A stretch of DNA of 64,000 nucleotides, from positions 17,059,045 to 17,123,044 of the forward strand of contig NC_092680.1 in NCBI RefSeq assembly GCF_964355755.1, given 5' to 3'. A program made the translations under genes and the position numbers. Below, piece by piece: positions 60,255 to 64,000 of this stretch. Each line of letters begins with the position of its first letter. The first letter of the stretch is position 1. Source of the stretch: Antedon mediterranea (taxonomy: Eukaryota > Animalia > Echinodermata). The notes under the pieces are model-generated. The model saw only the letters and a program-made list of their open reading frames with translations. It did no database searches and was not told the origin of the DNA.

Positions 60255-63200
60255 CAACACAATTCTATTATTTCAGTATAGAGTGAGAGATCCTGGCTAC
60301 ATTGATATTTATATTAAAATTGCATTAAGCTACCACCGTGATAAGAAAATGCGATTATTTTACCAAAACTTAACTATACCAAAAGATCCATTGTCCAAAA
60401 AAACCATGAAAGATAAATAAACTTACTTTGAGTAAGTCACGTTATTTTTTAGTAAAATGTTACCAGAAACTATGACAATTTGTTTCTTTTTTTCCCGATC
60501 CAATTTTTGGTCAAAGTGAATAAATTCGACAAACACTATTTTTCTCTAAATTTGAGGAAATAAACTAACGTTTCTAACAGACAACGGCAATGAGAATTTG
60601 CTAGATTTATTAATGTCATTTATGGTATATTAAATCAATAACTTTAAAGGACAGTTTTAGCAGCAATTCTTGAAAATAAGTACACAGATAAGTGATGTTA
60701 CGTTTTTCACTATAGCGATACTTATGAGCACTTAATGAAAAGAAAAAAGAAGCAACGAATGACCTCTTGGTCAAAATGTGATATTTTAGTGATCTAATTA
60801 ATGTTGTCGTATGGTGCAATTATTAACGCAGGTGTCACCAGTGAATGCCCGAAAGGCTAGAGAAGCGAAACTTTCGAAGAACCAGTCCAGTTTTGTCTGC
60901 TGCAGACGGCCAAGTTTTATCGACAACTGGGACTTATGGTGTTTTACGACTCGGCATACGTGTGTCTAGAGTACAACATTAGTTGACACACATTTAGTCC
61001 GTGGACATCAGAATAGTACATTAATACCGAATGACTTGGCATAAAACAGTTTACATTGATACAAGTAGACATGACTCTACTATATTGATTTTATATCAGA
61101 TCTCTCCGGAATATTACTGTAGACTGTTAAAATATGTCATATTTAAAGGACCTATCTAACGGTTGTTAGATGAAAGTAACGAAATTATAATTTCTTACTA
61201 TAGGCCTAAGAAATTATATATAAATTTGATTTGATGTCAGACGCGTCTTGGATAATTGCTGTTTTTATTAACGGGTTTCAAACGGCGGTACATAATAGGC
61301 CTATCCATTTAATCTCGCCTTCGTGTAACCAAAACTCTTTAACAATAAAGGATTTTCGATAATCATCAAAATGGGCATGTGTAATGCGATGACGTTGTTA
61401 GAGCATCTATGGTTAGAGATAGCCACCAATCTCATCTCTCATTTGTTTGTGCATATATATTATTATTTTAATATCAACGGAACAAGCAAATGATTTTTTA
61501 AACATTTTATGACATAATATTGACATAATGTTTTAAAGATCATTGCATATTCATCTATAAAGACTTTGCATGAGAGTCGTTGCAAATGACCCACGTCTAC
61601 AAGTTTGAGTGGATGGGCGTGTGTACATGTTATCGTTGTGCAACATAATTGTAACAAAGGCCTAAATAATAATGTTATCAGTATCGTAATTTGTTGAGTA
61701 TAAGTTGTTATCGTAAATTGTTTAAGATGTATTACTAATGATCTTAATTGACAGTCCGTTTTGTTCTCTGAAAGACCGACTTCGTTTCGAGGTGCTAGCT
61801 AAAAGTGCTATTTTGTAACAATGCTTACGTGCTAATAATAGTCGCACATGTTAAATGTTTTTATTCCCTTATACTGTATTACCATTTTACTTCTTATGTA
61901 GTTTATTTGTATAGGCCTAGGATGTAAAAATTTCAAAAAGAATATTATATATTTTTGTGAATTTTACCCGATTTTGATTTCTTAAAAATTGTTTATAAAC
62001 ATGAAGATAGGCCTACAGTATATGAATAATAAACAAATCGGTAGTTACAAAGTATATATTGGTAGGCCTACATGAATAAGACAATCTTTAACAAATACAG
62101 TAGGGCTTTTTAACGAAAAATTTTTAATAAAAACAATACATAGTATCTTTATTGATTACATTTTTTTCTTTGAATTAAATTAATCAAATCTTTTTTTTTC
62201 ACTTAGAAATGGGGACGCATAATATAAACAACGAAAAAACATAAACAAATCAATAAAAACAGTTCAAAAAAATATATATATCGTACCATTCAACTAACAA
62301 TCCATAGGGTATCTGCCAATTTTATTCTTTAATATTTATAATTAAATTATTATATTCGGCGTTTTTATTGGTTGAATTTTTGATTATTTGTAATCGTTTT
62401 CAACACGCACACTAAATAGACAAAAAAGCCAGTGTGAAACATTAATTTATTCTTAGACAATACACTTTTTGTAAAAGAAATCATGAGCCGTAAAAACGGT
62501 AATAAAAGTGAAGTTGTGACACACACGACCTATTTAATAAGAACTTCCTCCATCATCATATGGTTCTAATGTGAAACAGTCCCCAGAGCCAATATAGTCC
62601 GGCTAGGTTGGTTAGTTATCAACATACAATAGATTTAGTGTCATTTATTGATCATGTTATTAAATTAATATTTACAAAGATTATTATAGCGGGTTTCCTC
62701 TGGGGCGAATTTGCTCCCAGAGCTGGTTCTGAACCAGACGCAGAGGAATTCATACAACACCGGTCCACTGGTGGTACCTTGCTAAGTGATGTTGAGGAAG
62801 TTTGAATTTTGCATTCAAGATAAAGGGCCTATATCACGTATGTGTCATCAAACACGTCACAAATTAATCCTGATTGGTTAAACGTATGCTGCAATAAAAT
62901 ACAATTCAACAATATTCATTGATTCTCAAAATAAACACATTTTTCCTTCAGGCACAGACCGTTTTATTTGTTGGGTTGTTTCAGTACGGTAGGCCTACTA
63001 TCGCAATTTTGTAGTGTATTGTATGACCTATATATAGACCATATAACACAATAACCCATAACACTACTCATGATACAGGCATCACACGTGATACAATGAG
63101 ATGCTGTATTACAAAATTGTCCTGTGATACCGAAGGAATATTGTCATATAGAGATGCAGCGCTGAGAATCGGGTAAAATAAGCCAATTTGTAAGACAGTG

Positions 63201-64000
63201 GTTATTTGAATGGTGTTCGGATTTCCGTTTTTTGACTTAGTGACATTTAGGCCTATGTTTAAGCCTTATTTGTTTACTGAATGAAGATGCTGTGCCTTGA
63301 TATGTGAACGTTCTAGCATGCAATGGTATTTTGGCATATGTTAATGTATACAGTCTTGCTCTGCCCTGATGAGGTGATACTAATAGCTTGTTATATTTGT
63401 AATATGGACTCCCGTCAAAGATGTCAATCATCCTCAAATCTATCAGTCAATCATAACTAGCAACATTAAGTACATGCCTAAATCGTAATTAAAATTATTG
63501 GAATCGTTAGGTTATTCATTATATTTGGCCACACATATCATGAATATTTTATTATAACACAATTCAGCGCAGGCAGTATCAGTAATATTTGCCTCATCAG
63601 TCTTGTAAATATGTAATTAATATTCATATCATTCGGCAATATCCGGCGGGTGAATAAAATATCATAGATATTTAGATTTAAAAGCAAAATAAATTTTCAC
63701 TATACGCAAATGTATTTTCCACTTTTGTAGACTGCATTTCAGAACATTGTTTAAAGCTCTGTCTACACTATCAAGTTTGAAAAAAAAAAGTTTGATGTGC
63801 CCAAATATGGTAGTGATATGCCCAAATATGGTAGTGATATGACATCATCAAAATAAATTTTCACTATACAGACTTAAGCTAAAAAGTAATTCATTTGTGT
63901 TATATGGAAAGGACCAATGAATCAAGAAATACAATTTTTATTCTACAAAACATATGGTTATATACAGAATTTCATCAAAAGTTGTGAAAAAGAGAAATAA

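Noticed and set aside
62650-62880. Minus-strand ATG at about 62753 (MNSSASGSEPALGANSPQRKP) below a CCAAT box as a first coding exon
   Set aside because: Short frame, no convincing donor or downstream partner exon, and no recognisable homology.

Overview
AT-rich, intron-containing animal genomic DNA; the gene and repeat content suggests a marine invertebrate, which is inference. Three protein-coding loci were reconstructed by hand from splice signals, all on the minus strand. (1) A five-exon, 82-aa CENP-X/MHF2 gene (3743-6540) that the ORF track misses entirely, lying head-to-head with a canonical tRNA-Ser(AGA). (2) A recently tandem-duplicated, apparently four-exon orphan gene of about 548 aa, each copy next to a 24-bp minisatellite (8.1-14.1 kb). 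(3) An RGM (repulsive guidance molecule) gene with coding exons at 32236-32326, 31281-31813 and 18891-19592, giving 441 aa. I recognise no host gene in 32.4-64 kb. The first 3.3 kb is a nested cluster of mobile elements around (TA)n tracts. It holds two minimal type I hammerhead ribozymes, a truncated Penelope-like endonuclease fragment with an inverted tail, three tRNA-like units that share an upstream motif and carry structured 3' modules (one a candidate unrecognised or remodelled ribozyme), and a DINE-1/HINE-like Helentron derivative. The window also contains Harbinger-type MITEs, an internally deleted Harbinger, and a set of tiny CA...TG palindromic remnants between 7-bp direct repeats that look like P-element excision footprints from several families. 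All calls were made by eye, without searches.
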